Assembly: GCF_000025925.1 (NCBI RefSeq)
Contig: NC_014033.1
Span: 3,300,001-3,332,000 of the forward strand
Origin: Xylanibacter ruminicola 23
GTDB lineage: Bacteria > Bacteroidota > Bacteroidia > Bacteroidales > Bacteroidaceae
Reading direction: 5' to 3'
DNA length: 32,000 nucleotides
The notes below the pieces were generated by a model. It was not told the origin of the DNA, made no database searches, and worked only from the letters and a program-made list of their open reading frames with translations. Positions 19,097 through 28,406 of this stretch are shown here, piece by piece; positions within the stretch are counted from its first letter, which is position 1, and the number at the start of each line of letters is the position of its first letter. The translations under genes were made by a program, and so were the position numbers.

Positions 19097-21244
19097 ATGA
19101 AGAAAACTCTAACATTACTCGTCTGCCTGTTCATTTCAGGACAACTCGTACAGGCTGAAAATCTAACCGGAAAGGTGAACCCTTTTATCGGAACAACAAC
19201 TCTATGGAGCCCAGCCGATCTGGGATATACACGCACAGAAACTAAACGCGCTTGGGGAGCTGAGTCATTTCCTGGCTCAGCCTTACCCAATGCCATGGTA
19301 CAGCTCACCCCTGTCACCATGTATCCTTCGGGTTCAGGTTATCAGTACGAAGACCATCAGATATATGGTTTCGCGCACACATGTAAAGGCCACTGGAATC
19401 TGCTTCACCTGCCCATCATGCCAGCTACTGGTAGGTTCTATCCCGATAACTTCTGCTCATGGTTCAGTCATGCTAACGAGTCGGCTCATCCTGGCTACTA
19501 TCAGGTGTATCTCGACCGCTATCATGTAAATGCCGAACTCACCTCAACCCTGCGTTGCGGCTTCCATCGTTATACCTTCCGTGCCGATGATGAGAAACGT
19601 CTGATTGTAGATATCACACGAAGCAACAATCGTCCCCGCACGTGGAAAATCGAGAAGTCGGGTGCCAACACCTTCCAGGGATTCCAGGATGGCGAGGGCC
19701 GTATCTACTTCTATGCTGTGGCCAATCACGATGTAAGCGAGGTAAGCATCCAGAAGGATTTTCGCCATCAGATAGCTGTGGTCGATTTCCTAAATAATAA
19801 AGGATCGCGCGCATTGGAGCTCAAAATAGGTTTCTCGTTTGTAAGTATTGCCAACGCCAAGCAGAACCTCGAGGCCGAGATGCTCGGCAAGAGTTTTGAG
19901 CAGGTGCGCCAGGAGGCTGATAACATCTGGAACAAACAGCTGGGACATATCCAGGTAGAGGGTGGTACCCAGAAGCAGCAAACCATGTTCTACTCTACAC
20001 TCTACCGTGCCTTCCTTTGGCCTGCCTTGCGTAGCGATGTGAATGGCGAGTACACCGACGAACAGGGCCGTGTTTGTAAGGCCGACTTCCGTTACTATAC
20101 CAATCCTTCGTTTTGGGATACCTATCGTAACAAGCTCATTCTGTTAGGTATGATTAACCCCGATGTGGCTACCGATATCATCAAGTCGATTATCGATAAA
20201 GGCGAGAAAGCCGGTGGTTATATGCCAACCTTCTTCCATGGCGACCATGCCTCTACCTTTGTGGCAGGTTTATGGCTGCGTGGTATCAAAGGGTTCGACT
20301 TGCAGCGTGCCTATAAGCTCCTGCTCAAGAATGCTACCGTTCCAGGTCGTGGCGGTCGTCCTTGGCTCGAAGAGTACCTGAAGCAGGGCTGGATAGCCGA
20401 GAAGGATACCACCAACGTGCCCACTTGGGATGAGTATAAGGCCTCGGTAACCAAGACCCAGGAGTATGCCTACGACGATTATGCCACCGCTCTGATTGCC
20501 CGCGAGCTGAAAGATAAGAAAAACTACCAACTACTGATGCAGCACTCGCAGAATTACAAGAACCTGTTTGATGCGTCGACAGGTTTCTGGCGTGGCAGGA
20601 TCGCCGATGGCTCATGGATTAAGGATTTTGATCCCTGGTACCCCTATTATGCCTATATGTATCGTGAGGCCGATGCCTGGAACTCGCTGTTCTTTGCCCC
20701 GCACGATCCTGAGGGTATGGTGGCGCTCTACCCATCAAAAAAGGCTGTTGAGCTGAAACTCGACTCGCTGTTTACCCAGCCTAACCATGGCTACGAGGCC
20801 TGGAACCTTACAGGTTTCCTAGGCACCTACTGTCATGGCAACCAGCCTGGTCATAGCATTCCTTATACCTATTATTTTGCCGATAAACAGGAGAAGGCAC
20901 AGGTGGTGATTGATTCGCTGCTGAACCATTACTATGGTATGGGCGAAGAGGGACTGGCCTATGCAGGCATGGACGATGCCGGCGAGATGTCGTCGTGGTA
21001 TGTACTCAATGCCATCGGTATCTATACCTATTCGCCTGCCGATCCGCAGTATATCGTTACCGTGCCATTGTTCAACAAGGTTAGATTCACCTTGGGCACC
21101 ACTGGTAACACGTTTACTATCCGTCGCGAGGGTAGTGGTCGTAAAATCAGTCAGATAACGGTAGGTGGTAAGCCGCTCAAGGGCTGGTTTGTGCCCCACG
21201 CCCAACTGGCAAAAGGTGCTGAAATGCTGATTAAAACCGAATAA
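19097..21244 (+). CDS. GH92-family exo-alpha-mannosidase
   Basis: The chosen start at 19097 gives MKKTLTLLVCLFISGQLVQAEN, a type I signal peptide. The GH92 N-terminal hallmark GKVNPFIGTT is present. The GNEP-like motif HGNQPGHSIPYTYYF is also present. The length, about 715 aa, is typical for GH92. Confidence 0.9.
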   Translation: MKKTLTLLVCLFISGQLVQAENLTGKVNPFIGTTTLWSPADLGYTRTETKRAWGAESFPGSALPNAMVQLTPVTMYPSGSGYQYEDHQIYGFAHTCKGHWNLLHLPIMPATGRFYPDNFCSWFSHANESAHPGYYQVYLDRYHVNAELTSTLRCGFHRYTFRADDEKRLIVDITRSNNRPRTWKIEKSGANTFQGFQDGEGRIYFYAVANHDVSEVSIQKDFRHQIAVVDFLNNKGSRALELKIGFSFVSIANAKQNLEAEMLGKSFEQVRQEADNIWNKQLGHIQVEGGTQKQQTMFYSTLYRAFLWPALRSDVNGEYTDEQGRVCKADFRYYTNPSFWDTYRNKLILLGMINPDVATDIIKSIIDKGEKAGGYMPTFFHGDHASTFVAGLWLRGIKGFDLQRAYKLLLKNATVPGRGGRPWLEEYLKQGWIAEKDTTNVPTWDEYKASVTKTQEYAYDDYATALIARELKDKKNYQLLMQHSQNYKNLFDASTGFWRGRIADGSWIKDFDPWYPYYAYMYREADAWNSLFFAPHDPEGMVALYPSKKAVELKLDSLFTQPNHGYEAWNLTGFLGTYCHGNQPGHSIPYTYYFADKQEKAQVVIDSLLNHYYGMGEEGLAYAGMDDAGEMSSWYVLNAIGIYTYSPADPQYIVTVPLFNKVRFTLGTTGNTFTIRREGSGRKISQITVGGKPLKGWFVPHAQLAKGAEMLIKTE

Positions 21245-21296
21245 ACAATTAAACTGTTCTGTAACTAAAATTACATTCAATCTAAAGTTTTACTAA

Positions 21297-24200
21297 ATGA
21301 AAAAAGTAAATTTCAACTATTCCAGATTCATCTGGCGAGGTTTTATGGGAGTGGCCCTATGCGTAGGCAGTCCTTCCGTGGCTCTTGCCAATGGTGTCTC
21401 AGTGGCTGCTACTAACAATGTACAGCAAACCACTGTCAGGGGCACAGTTGTTGATGCATCGGGAGAGCCTATGATCGGTGTAACAGTCTCGGTAAAAGGT
21501 TCATCCTCGGGTACCGTTACTGGCCTTGATGGTAGCTTCTCGCTGAACTGCAAACCAACCGATGTCTTGGTCTTCTCGTATGTAGGCTATGTAAACCAGG
21601 AGCTGCGTGCCAATGCCAACCTGAGTCGTATTGTGCTGAAGGAAGACAATGCTATCCTCGACGAGGTGGTGGTGATTGGTTATGGCACCACTACTCGTAA
21701 AAGCGCCGTGGGTGCTGTAGATCAGGTTCGTTCCGACCTGTTGGAGAATCGTCCTGTAGCCAACGTTACACAGGCTTTGCAGGGTGCAGCACCAAACGTT
21801 ATCATCCAGCGTAAGAACTACAACCCTAATGCCCAGAACAACAACTTTAATATTCGAGGCATCAGTACGCTGAACGATAACAGTCCGCTGTTTGTGATCG
21901 ATGGATTGGTTACCGATTATGATAACTTCAATCGTCTGAATCCCAATGATATCGAGAATATCTCTATTCTGAAAGATGCTGGTACCGCCGCTATCTACGG
22001 TTCACGTTCGGCCAATGGTGTTGTGCTTGTTACTACCAAGAAGGGTAAGAACAACGAGCGCACCAGTATCCGACTGAATGGTATGGTAGGTTGGGAAGAT
22101 CCCCATATCCTGTTCACACCTGTTACCGGCTACCAGAATGCTGTGCTGCGTAACATAGCCGAGACCAACGTGGGTAATACCCCCGTTTACAGTCAGGATC
22201 AGATTCTCGACTATTACGCCCATCAGAGTGAGGAGAGCTGGGCGCTGAACGAGATCTTCCAGACAGCCATGCAGCAGAACTACAATATCAGCATCAGCGG
22301 TGGTAGCGATAAGACCACTTATATGGTTTCTGCCGGCTATTTTGATCAGGGTAGCAACTATGTGAGCACCCAGAAGTTCGGTTTGCAGCGCTACAACTTC
22401 CGTACCAACCTGGTTACCGAGTTGGGCCGCCTGAAGCTTACTGCCACACTGGCCTACACCCGCACCGATAGCAAGAATACCAATGGTGGTAGTCTGGAGA
22501 TTGATGCCAGTCGTGTGCCTAGTGCCTATATCTATAAGATGAAGTCGGCCGATGGTCGTTACCTGCTCAATGATGTGTGGGGTGAGTTCAACCCACTCGG
22601 TCAGCTCGAGTCGGGCGGTTTCGATAAGTACCGTACCAATGCCATCACCGCCAGTGTTACCGGTGAGCTCAAGATTATCGATGGCTTGAAGCTCCGTGGC
22701 GTGTTTGGTGCCGATGTGGTGGGTAACAACCGTTACTCGCGTAGCATGCCTTCTTATTATTATGCCGGCGAAGATGCTACCGAGCCCCGTCCACGTAAGG
22801 AGTCGGATTTCAGAACCAGCAACTGGAATGCCGACAACTACCGTCTGAACACCCAGATCCTGCTGGATTATAATAAGACCTTCGGCGTGCACACTGTTAG
22901 TGGCCTGTTTGGTGCCACCAACGAGTCGTACACCTGGTATAACAACGAAATCTGGAAGAACTATGTTGATCCCGACTTGGGTACCTCTACCAGCATCACT
23001 ACTGGTGAGGTAGGTAACATCGGTGGTGCTACCACCGTGGATAGTTCTGGTCAGACCAGCATTACCTCACTGCTGGGTCGTATCGGCTATAACTACAAGG
23101 AGCGTTATTATGCTGAGTTCGACTTCCGTTACGATGGTAGCTCAAAGTTCCATAAGGATTACCGCTGGGGTTTCTTCCCCTCACTGTCGTTAGGCTGGCG
23201 CATCAGCGAAGAGCCTTTTATGGAGAAATATCGCGAAAAGGTGGGCGACCTGAAGATCCGTGGTTCATACGGTATTCTGGGTAGTCAGGCTGTAGGCGAC
23301 TACGACCGCTATACCCGCTATAGCGTTAGCTCTACCACCTATGCTTATAATAATCAGGCCGTAGCCGGTGCCGGGTTTAACCTCGGACTGAAGGACCTGA
23401 CTTGGGAACGTACCAACACTTTCAATATAGGTTTCGATGCTTCGTTCTTGCACAATGCACTGAACATCACATTTGATTACTACACCAAGCGCACCAAGGA
23501 CATCCTGATGAAGCCCTTGCAGCCCAGTGTATTCGGAACCACCATGCCAAGCACCAATATTGGTGAAATGTCGAACGACGGATGGGAACTCTCTATCAAC
23601 TACCGCCTGAAGACCGGCGATATGAAGCACAACTTCTATTTCAATATCGGCGACTCAAAGAACAAGGTTACCAAATTCCCTGGTAACGAGCAGATTAGCG
23701 GTGTAGATGAGATCTATAAGATCATTCGCGTTGGTCAGCCCCTCAACTCCTACTATGCATGGCAGGTAGAGGGCTTGTTCCAGAGCTACGATGAGATTAA
23801 GAACTCAGCTCTGCCTCTTGGCGCAGAGGTAGCACCTGGCGACCTGAAGTTCAAGGATCAGAATGGCGATGGTGTCATCGACTCTAACGACCGTGTCATC
23901 GTAGGTAACGCTTTCCCACGTTACACCTTCGGATTCACCTACCGCTTCGAGTGGAAGGGCTTCGACTTCAGTATGTTCTGGCAGGGTGTAGGCAAACGTT
24001 CGCAGATGCTGCGTGGCGAGTTGCTCGAGCCATACCACTCAAACTATTCTTACGTGATGTACAAACATCAGCTTGATTTCTGGACCCCAACTAACACAAA
24101 CGCTAAATATCCACGTCTGGCAGCACAGGGCTCGGCCTCAGATACCAACAACTGGGGCCGCCCGTCAGACATCTTCGTGCTCGACGCCAAGTATGCACGT

Positions 24201-24434
24201 TTAAAGAACCTCGCCATTGGTTACTCACTGCCTAAGAAGGTGATAGAGCCTCTGGGCCTGCAGAAACTCCGTGTATATGTTACCGGTCAGGATCTGTTGA
24301 CACTCACCAAGAACTCGTTCATCGATCCTGAGTCGTCAGAGTTCGGTTCAAACATGAACTCTGGTGGTGGTAACAGTGGTCGTAACTATCCTATGCTTCA
24401 GTACTATGGCTTTGGTTTCGATGTAGAATTTTAA
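21297..24434 (+). CDS. SusC/RagA-family TonB-dependent outer-membrane transporter
   Basis: This 1045-aa ORF has a carboxypeptidase-regulatory-like N-terminus (VRGTVVDASGEPMIGVTVSVKGSSSGTVTGLDGSFSL). It carries a TonB box/plug (EVVVIGYGTTTRKSAVGAV, IENISILKDAGTAAIYGSRSANGVVLVTTKKG) and a C-terminal FGFDVEF. It has no STN extension. It lies 52 nt after the GH92 gene with no promoter box between them. Confidence 0.92.
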   Translation: MKKVNFNYSRFIWRGFMGVALCVGSPSVALANGVSVAATNNVQQTTVRGTVVDASGEPMIGVTVSVKGSSSGTVTGLDGSFSLNCKPTDVLVFSYVGYVNQELRANANLSRIVLKEDNAILDEVVVIGYGTTTRKSAVGAVDQVRSDLLENRPVANVTQALQGAAPNVIIQRKNYNPNAQNNNFNIRGISTLNDNSPLFVIDGLVTDYDNFNRLNPNDIENISILKDAGTAAIYGSRSANGVVLVTTKKGKNNERTSIRLNGMVGWEDPHILFTPVTGYQNAVLRNIAETNVGNTPVYSQDQILDYYAHQSEESWALNEIFQTAMQQNYNISISGGSDKTTYMVSAGYFDQGSNYVSTQKFGLQRYNFRTNLVTELGRLKLTATLAYTRTDSKNTNGGSLEIDASRVPSAYIYKMKSADGRYLLNDVWGEFNPLGQLESGGFDKYRTNAITASVTGELKIIDGLKLRGVFGADVVGNNRYSRSMPSYYYAGEDATEPRPRKESDFRTSNWNADNYRLNTQILLDYNKTFGVHTVSGLFGATNESYTWYNNEIWKNYVDPDLGTSTSITTGEVGNIGGATTVDSSGQTSITSLLGRIGYNYKERYYAEFDFRYDGSSKFHKDYRWGFFPSLSLGWRISEEPFMEKYREKVGDLKIRGSYGILGSQAVGDYDRYTRYSVSSTTYAYNNQAVAGAGFNLGLKDLTWERTNTFNIGFDASFLHNALNITFDYYTKRTKDILMKPLQPSVFGTTMPSTNIGEMSNDGWELSINYRLKTGDMKHNFYFNIGDSKNKVTKFPGNEQISGVDEIYKIIRVGQPLNSYYAWQVEGLFQSYDEIKNSALPLGAEVAPGDLKFKDQNGDGVIDSNDRVIVGNAFPRYTFGFTYRFEWKGFDFSMFWQGVGKRSQMLRGELLEPYHSNYSYVMYKHQLDFWTPTNTNAKYPRLAAQGSASDTNNWGRPSDIFVLDAKYARLKNLAIGYSLPKKVIEPLGLQKLRVYVTGQDLLTLTKNSFIDPESSEFGSNMNSGGGNSGRNYPMLQYYGFGFDVEF

Positions 24435-26071
24435 TGATTAAGTATCTTATGAAAATGAAAATCAAGAAATATATCTATCTGTTTGCTGCTGTGGGCGGAC
24501 TTACGCTTACTGCCTGCAACGGCATGGAGAATGCCCCTGGCAACCAGTTTACCGATGCAAACTTCTGGGACTCTCCCGACAGAGCGCAGTATGTGGTAAA
24601 CATGGCCTATGCACAGATGTATAATGCCGGAAAAATGTGGCGCGACGAGTCGCTCAGCGATAACATGATCGATGGTCGTTCTACGACCGACCAGCGCCTG
24701 ATGCGTATGGGACAGGCCACACCAAGCACTGGTATTTTTGCCAGCGAGTGGGCCGACCTGTATGGCGGCATCAAGACCTGTCATGTGTTCCTCGAGAATA
24801 TCGATGCCATCACTAACCTCGATGCAGCCAAGAAGGCTCGTATGATTGCCGAGATACGCTTTGTACGCGCCTATATCTACTTCCGTCTCACCAACTTCTA
24901 TGGCGATATTCCTTTCTTTACTAAGGATATCACTGTGGATGAGTCGAACACCATCGGTCGTACCTCGCACGCCGAGGTGATGGCGTTCATCCATCAGGAG
25001 TTGAACGATATCATCGGCGATCTGCCCTCGCGCAACGACCTGCCCGAGAGCGAGAACGGCAAGATTACCAAGGGTGCTGTGGTAGCCCTGCAGGCCCGTG
25101 CCTATCTGATGGACAGCGACTGGAGCAATGTGCAGAAATACTGCGAGATGCTTATCAATCAGCCCGAGACTTACGGCTCGTATGCTCTGTTCCCCAGCTA
25201 TCGTGGACTGTTTGAGGAGGACAATGAGTATAACCAGGAGGTAATCCTGGATCGTGCCTATGTTCGCAACCTGCTTACCTGGGGCGAGATTCTCGACATG
25301 GTGCCCCTGAGCAAGGGTGGTCGTGTGGCTGACCGTGTACCTCAGCAGTCGTTGGTTGATAGCTATCTCACCCTGACCGGTTATACCATCGATGAGGCTG
25401 GTACCGATTACGATCCTAACCATCCTTACGACAACCGCGACCCACGCCTGGCAGCTACCGTTATCTATAACAACTACGACTGGAGCGCTAATGTGGGCGA
25501 TGGCTCAAAGGGCGAGGTGATCCATATCGATCCTGCTGGCGATAACACCGTTGATACCTATATCGGAACAGGCAGCAATACCACTGCTACAGGTTACTAC
25601 ACCCGTAAGTGGTTTGCCCCACAGGCTACTGGCGACATGAGTTCGGGTCTCAACATCATCATGTTCCGCTATGCCGATATCCTGCTCATGTGGGCCGAGG
25701 CTAAGCTCGAGCAGAACCAGATGACAGCCGATGTATGGAACAGCACCGTACGTGCCATCCGTCAGCGTGCTGGCTTCAAGACAGCTAAGGCTCTTAACTT
25801 CCCTGCCGATAAGTCGCAGACCGAACTTCGTCAGATCCTGCGTAACGAGCGCCGCTGCGAGCTGGCCCTCGAAGGCTTGCGCTGGTACGACATCAAGCGC
25901 TGGAAGGCTGGTTCAGAGTATCTCACCCAACCCGTTCGTGGTGCCAGCTTTACCCACGACATCCCCTGGAAGTTTACGTTCGATGAGAACCGCGACTACC
26001 TCTGGGCTGTTCCTCAGAGTCAGATCGACCTCAATCCTAACTTAGGCCAGAATCCTGGCTACGGCAATTAA
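24434..26071 (+). CDS. SusD/RagB-family outer-membrane glycan-binding lipoprotein
   Basis: The ATG overlaps the SusC stop by 1 nt (taATG); in-frame ATGs at 24449 and 24455 are alternative starts. It has a lipobox (GGLTLTAC). SusD-like motifs are present (GGIKTCHVFLENI, RFVRAYIYFRLTNFYGDIPF, RCELALEGLRWYDIKRW, WAVPQSQID). Confidence 0.9.
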   Translation: MIKYLMKMKIKKYIYLFAAVGGLTLTACNGMENAPGNQFTDANFWDSPDRAQYVVNMAYAQMYNAGKMWRDESLSDNMIDGRSTTDQRLMRMGQATPSTGIFASEWADLYGGIKTCHVFLENIDAITNLDAAKKARMIAEIRFVRAYIYFRLTNFYGDIPFFTKDITVDESNTIGRTSHAEVMAFIHQELNDIIGDLPSRNDLPESENGKITKGAVVALQARAYLMDSDWSNVQKYCEMLINQPETYGSYALFPSYRGLFEEDNEYNQEVILDRAYVRNLLTWGEILDMVPLSKGGRVADRVPQQSLVDSYLTLTGYTIDEAGTDYDPNHPYDNRDPRLAATVIYNNYDWSANVGDGSKGEVIHIDPAGDNTVDTYIGTGSNTTATGYYTRKWFAPQATGDMSSGLNIIMFRYADILLMWAEAKLEQNQMTADVWNSTVRAIRQRAGFKTAKALNFPADKSQTELRQILRNERRCELALEGLRWYDIKRWKAGSEYLTQPVRGASFTHDIPWKFTFDENRDYLWAVPQSQIDLNPNLGQNPGYGN

Positions 26072-26124
26072 TCCATATCATCAATAAGTATTATTAGTAA
26101 AAACCAAAAAAGAAACAATTAACT

Positions 26125-27249
26125 ATGAATAAGAATATTATTAAGGCATTCGCGCTGTTTGGCGCCGTGTTCAGCATGTCAGCCTGCACCTCCGACATGG
26201 AGTTCAAGGATAGTCAGGTATCAGCCATCACCCAGCTCTACGAGCCTGCCGATGGCAAGAGTGTAACCCTTCAGGCATCAGCCACTGCCTCTACTTTCTT
26301 CGAGTGGGAGGCTGCCAAGGCCGAGGATAGTGGCTCGCCCCTTTACGAGGTGGTGTTCTACAAGGACGGCGAGAGCACACCTATCTATAAGGTGCTCTCT
26401 GATAAGAATGGTATGATGAACAGCGCTACCATCACCCACAAAACCCTGAACAAGGTTGCCGCTGCTGCCGGTTTCAAGAGTGGTGCCAGTGGCACAGTCA
26501 GCTGGTCGATCATCGCTTCTCGTGGTTTGAATCAGGCCGAGGCTACAGTTAAACACAAGCTGAACATCACTTCGCTCGAGGGCTTCGACGAGATTCCTTC
26601 ATCGCTCTTCATCATGGGCGAGGGTGCCGAGAACGGTGCTGCTTTCTCATCACCCGAGCAGGGCGTATATGAGATCTTCACCAAGCTCGAGGGTGGCAAG
26701 AGCTACCAGTTCTGCAGCAACAACAAGGGCGATGGCACCATCTATTCGCTCGATGGCCTGAAGCTGCGCGAGGGTGGCTCAACCGTAGCACCAGCTACAG
26801 GCATCTATCGCCTGGTTCTCGATTTCAATGTGGCTTCGGCTACCATCCGCGAAATCAAGAGTCTCGGTTTGTTCTTCTGTCCTAACAACAATATCATGTT
26901 CGATCTTCCTTATGCTGGCAACGGCGAGTTCTCAGGTGTAGGTGTGGTAGCCTTTAAGCAGGAGGGCTGGGGCCGCGACGAACGTTATAAGTTCCTGATG
27001 GAGTATGCCGATGGCACCAAGCAGTTCTGGGGCACCAAGAATGGCACCGACTCACGACCTGGTGGTCTGGCTATGGACGATCCTTACTATTATATTATGG
27101 AAACTGGCAACAACCAGTGGGACGACAAGTGGAAGTTCGATGGCGACTTCGATGGTGGCTCTGATGGTCCTCACCCAGGTGTCAAGACCCGCATTACCGT
27201 GCTCTTCCATGGTGCTAACTATACCCACCATGTTGAGCTGGCTGATTAA
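26125..27249 (+). CDS. SusE/SusF-like surface glycan-binding lipoprotein
   Basis: The protein has a lipobox (AVFSMSAC) followed by TSDMEFKD. It occupies the position right after a SusD gene. Its N-terminal domain follows the SusE pattern (LYEPADGKSVTL...FFEWEAA...YEVVFYKD...VSWSIIAS). Two Trp/Gly-rich beta-sandwich-like segments follow. The call rests on position and pattern only. Confidence 0.65.
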   Translation: MNKNIIKAFALFGAVFSMSACTSDMEFKDSQVSAITQLYEPADGKSVTLQASATASTFFEWEAAKAEDSGSPLYEVVFYKDGESTPIYKVLSDKNGMMNSATITHKTLNKVAAAAGFKSGASGTVSWSIIASRGLNQAEATVKHKLNITSLEGFDEIPSSLFIMGEGAENGAAFSSPEQGVYEIFTKLEGGKSYQFCSNNKGDGTIYSLDGLKLREGGSTVAPATGIYRLVLDFNVASATIREIKSLGLFFCPNNNIMFDLPYAGNGEFSGVGVVAFKQEGWGRDERYKFLMEYADGTKQFWGTKNGTDSRPGGLAMDDPYYYIMETGNNQWDDKWKFDGDFDGGSDGPHPGVKTRITVLFHGANYTHHVELAD

Positions 27250-27266
27250 ACTGTAAGTTCTAACTT

Positions 27267-28406
27267 ATGCATAACATATTAAAAGTTTTCTTCGTACCGC
27301 TTCTCTGCAGCCTTGTGCTGCAGGGTTGCGGTTCTTCTTCATCCGAGGATGAACCAACGCCTGCGCCACAGCCTGAGCAGACGAACTGGAAACAGGTGGC
27401 CGAACAGGCTACACAGGCTTTAGTAACTCACTTCTGGAACGGTCGCGAGGGTTATTTCAACTCGTTGCCCGATGTGGCCGATATCCATCAGAATCAGTAC
27501 TGGCCCCAGGCACATGCCATGGATGTGGTGATTGATGCCTATCTGCGTACAGGTAGTGCCGGCTATCGCGACTTGTTTGATAAGTGGCACGAGGGCATCA
27601 AGAAAAAGGCTGGCAACAGCTATTTCAACGATTTCTACGACGACGAGGAGTGGATTTGCCTGACGATGCTCCGCCTGTACGACTGCACCAAGGAACAGAA
27701 GTACCTGGATACCGCCCAGTTGCTGTGGGACGACATCCAGAATGCCTGGAACACCAAGTACTGTGGTGGTGGCATGGCTTGGCGCAAAAGTCAGCCCTGG
27801 AGCAAGAATGCCTGCAGCAATGGTCCTGCCGGCATCATCGCTGCCCGCATGTACAATATCCTTCACAAGGCATCAGATTTAGATCTGGCTAAGCGTATCT
27901 ACAACTGGGAGCGCGACAACCTGTATGCCCCTGGCACGGGTGCTGTTTATGACAGCATGAACGGTCAGGATGGCAACAATGTTACCACCTGGGTGTTTAC
28001 CTATAATCAGGGCACGTTTGTGGGTATGTGCTACGAGTTGTTCAAGATTACTGGCGAGACCCTTTATCTGCGCGATGCTGTGCGTGCTTCGTCTTACACC
28101 CTGTCGAGCCTGAGCGACCTCACCGAGAGTGTACTCAAGGACGAGGGTACTGGCGATGGCGGCTTGTTTAAGGGCATTTTTGTGCGCTACTTCACTTTGC
28201 TCATTCAGGAGCCCCAGCTCGATGCAAGCGATAAGACCCGTTTTGTGGCTTACTTAAAGCACAATGCCGAGGTGCTGAAAGAAAAAGGTCTGCAAACCCA
28301 GTACCTGATTGGCAGCAACTGGGCTCGTAACACATCGGCCATCGACTTGGGTACCCACGTTAGTGGTTGTGTACTGCTCGAAGCTGTTGCTCTCGATACT
28401 CTTTAG
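27267..28406 (+). CDS. GH76-family endo-alpha-1,6-mannanase, predicted surface lipoprotein
   Basis: The protein has a lipobox (CSLVLQGC) followed by a Ser/acidic/Pro linker (GSSSSEDEPTPAPQPEQ). The GH76 catalytic Asp pair in FYDDEEW is encoded at 27639-27644. Family-typical blocks are present (YWPQAHAMDVVIDAY, GGGMAWRKSQPWSKNACSNGPAGIIAARMY, WVFTYNQGTFVGMCYELFKITGETLYL). Confidence 0.85.
   Translation: MHNILKVFFVPLLCSLVLQGCGSSSSEDEPTPAPQPEQTNWKQVAEQATQALVTHFWNGREGYFNSLPDVADIHQNQYWPQAHAMDVVIDAYLRTGSAGYRDLFDKWHEGIKKKAGNSYFNDFYDDEEWICLTMLRLYDCTKEQKYLDTAQLLWDDIQNAWNTKYCGGGMAWRKSQPWSKNACSNGPAGIIAARMYNILHKASDLDLAKRIYNWERDNLYAPGTGAVYDSMNGQDGNNVTTWVFTYNQGTFVGMCYELFKITGETLYLRDAVRASSYTLSSLSDLTESVLKDEGTGDGGLFKGIFVRYFTLLIQEPQLDASDKTRFVAYLKHNAEVLKEKGLQTQYLIGSNWARNTSAIDLGTHVSGCVLLEAVALDTL

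Noticed and set aside
22002-22892. A 296-aa antisense ORF inside the third SusC-like gene. Similar antisense ORFs occur at 13154-13777, 8550-9104, 9663-10157, 10668-11132, 20819-21280, 27420-27866 and 30442-30987.
   Set aside because: All are embedded opposite strong, motif-supported CDSs. None has family-like motifs, and all look like stop-poor antisense frames rather than genes.
24431-25423. A 330-aa ORF on the minus strand lying entirely antisense to the third SusD-like gene.
   Set aside because: It lies wholly inside a well-supported SusD gene. Its composition (rich in G, I, V, L, H and T, low complexity, no recognisable motifs) is what an open antisense frame of a codon-biased, GC3-rich gene produces. 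It has no promoter box or signal of its own.
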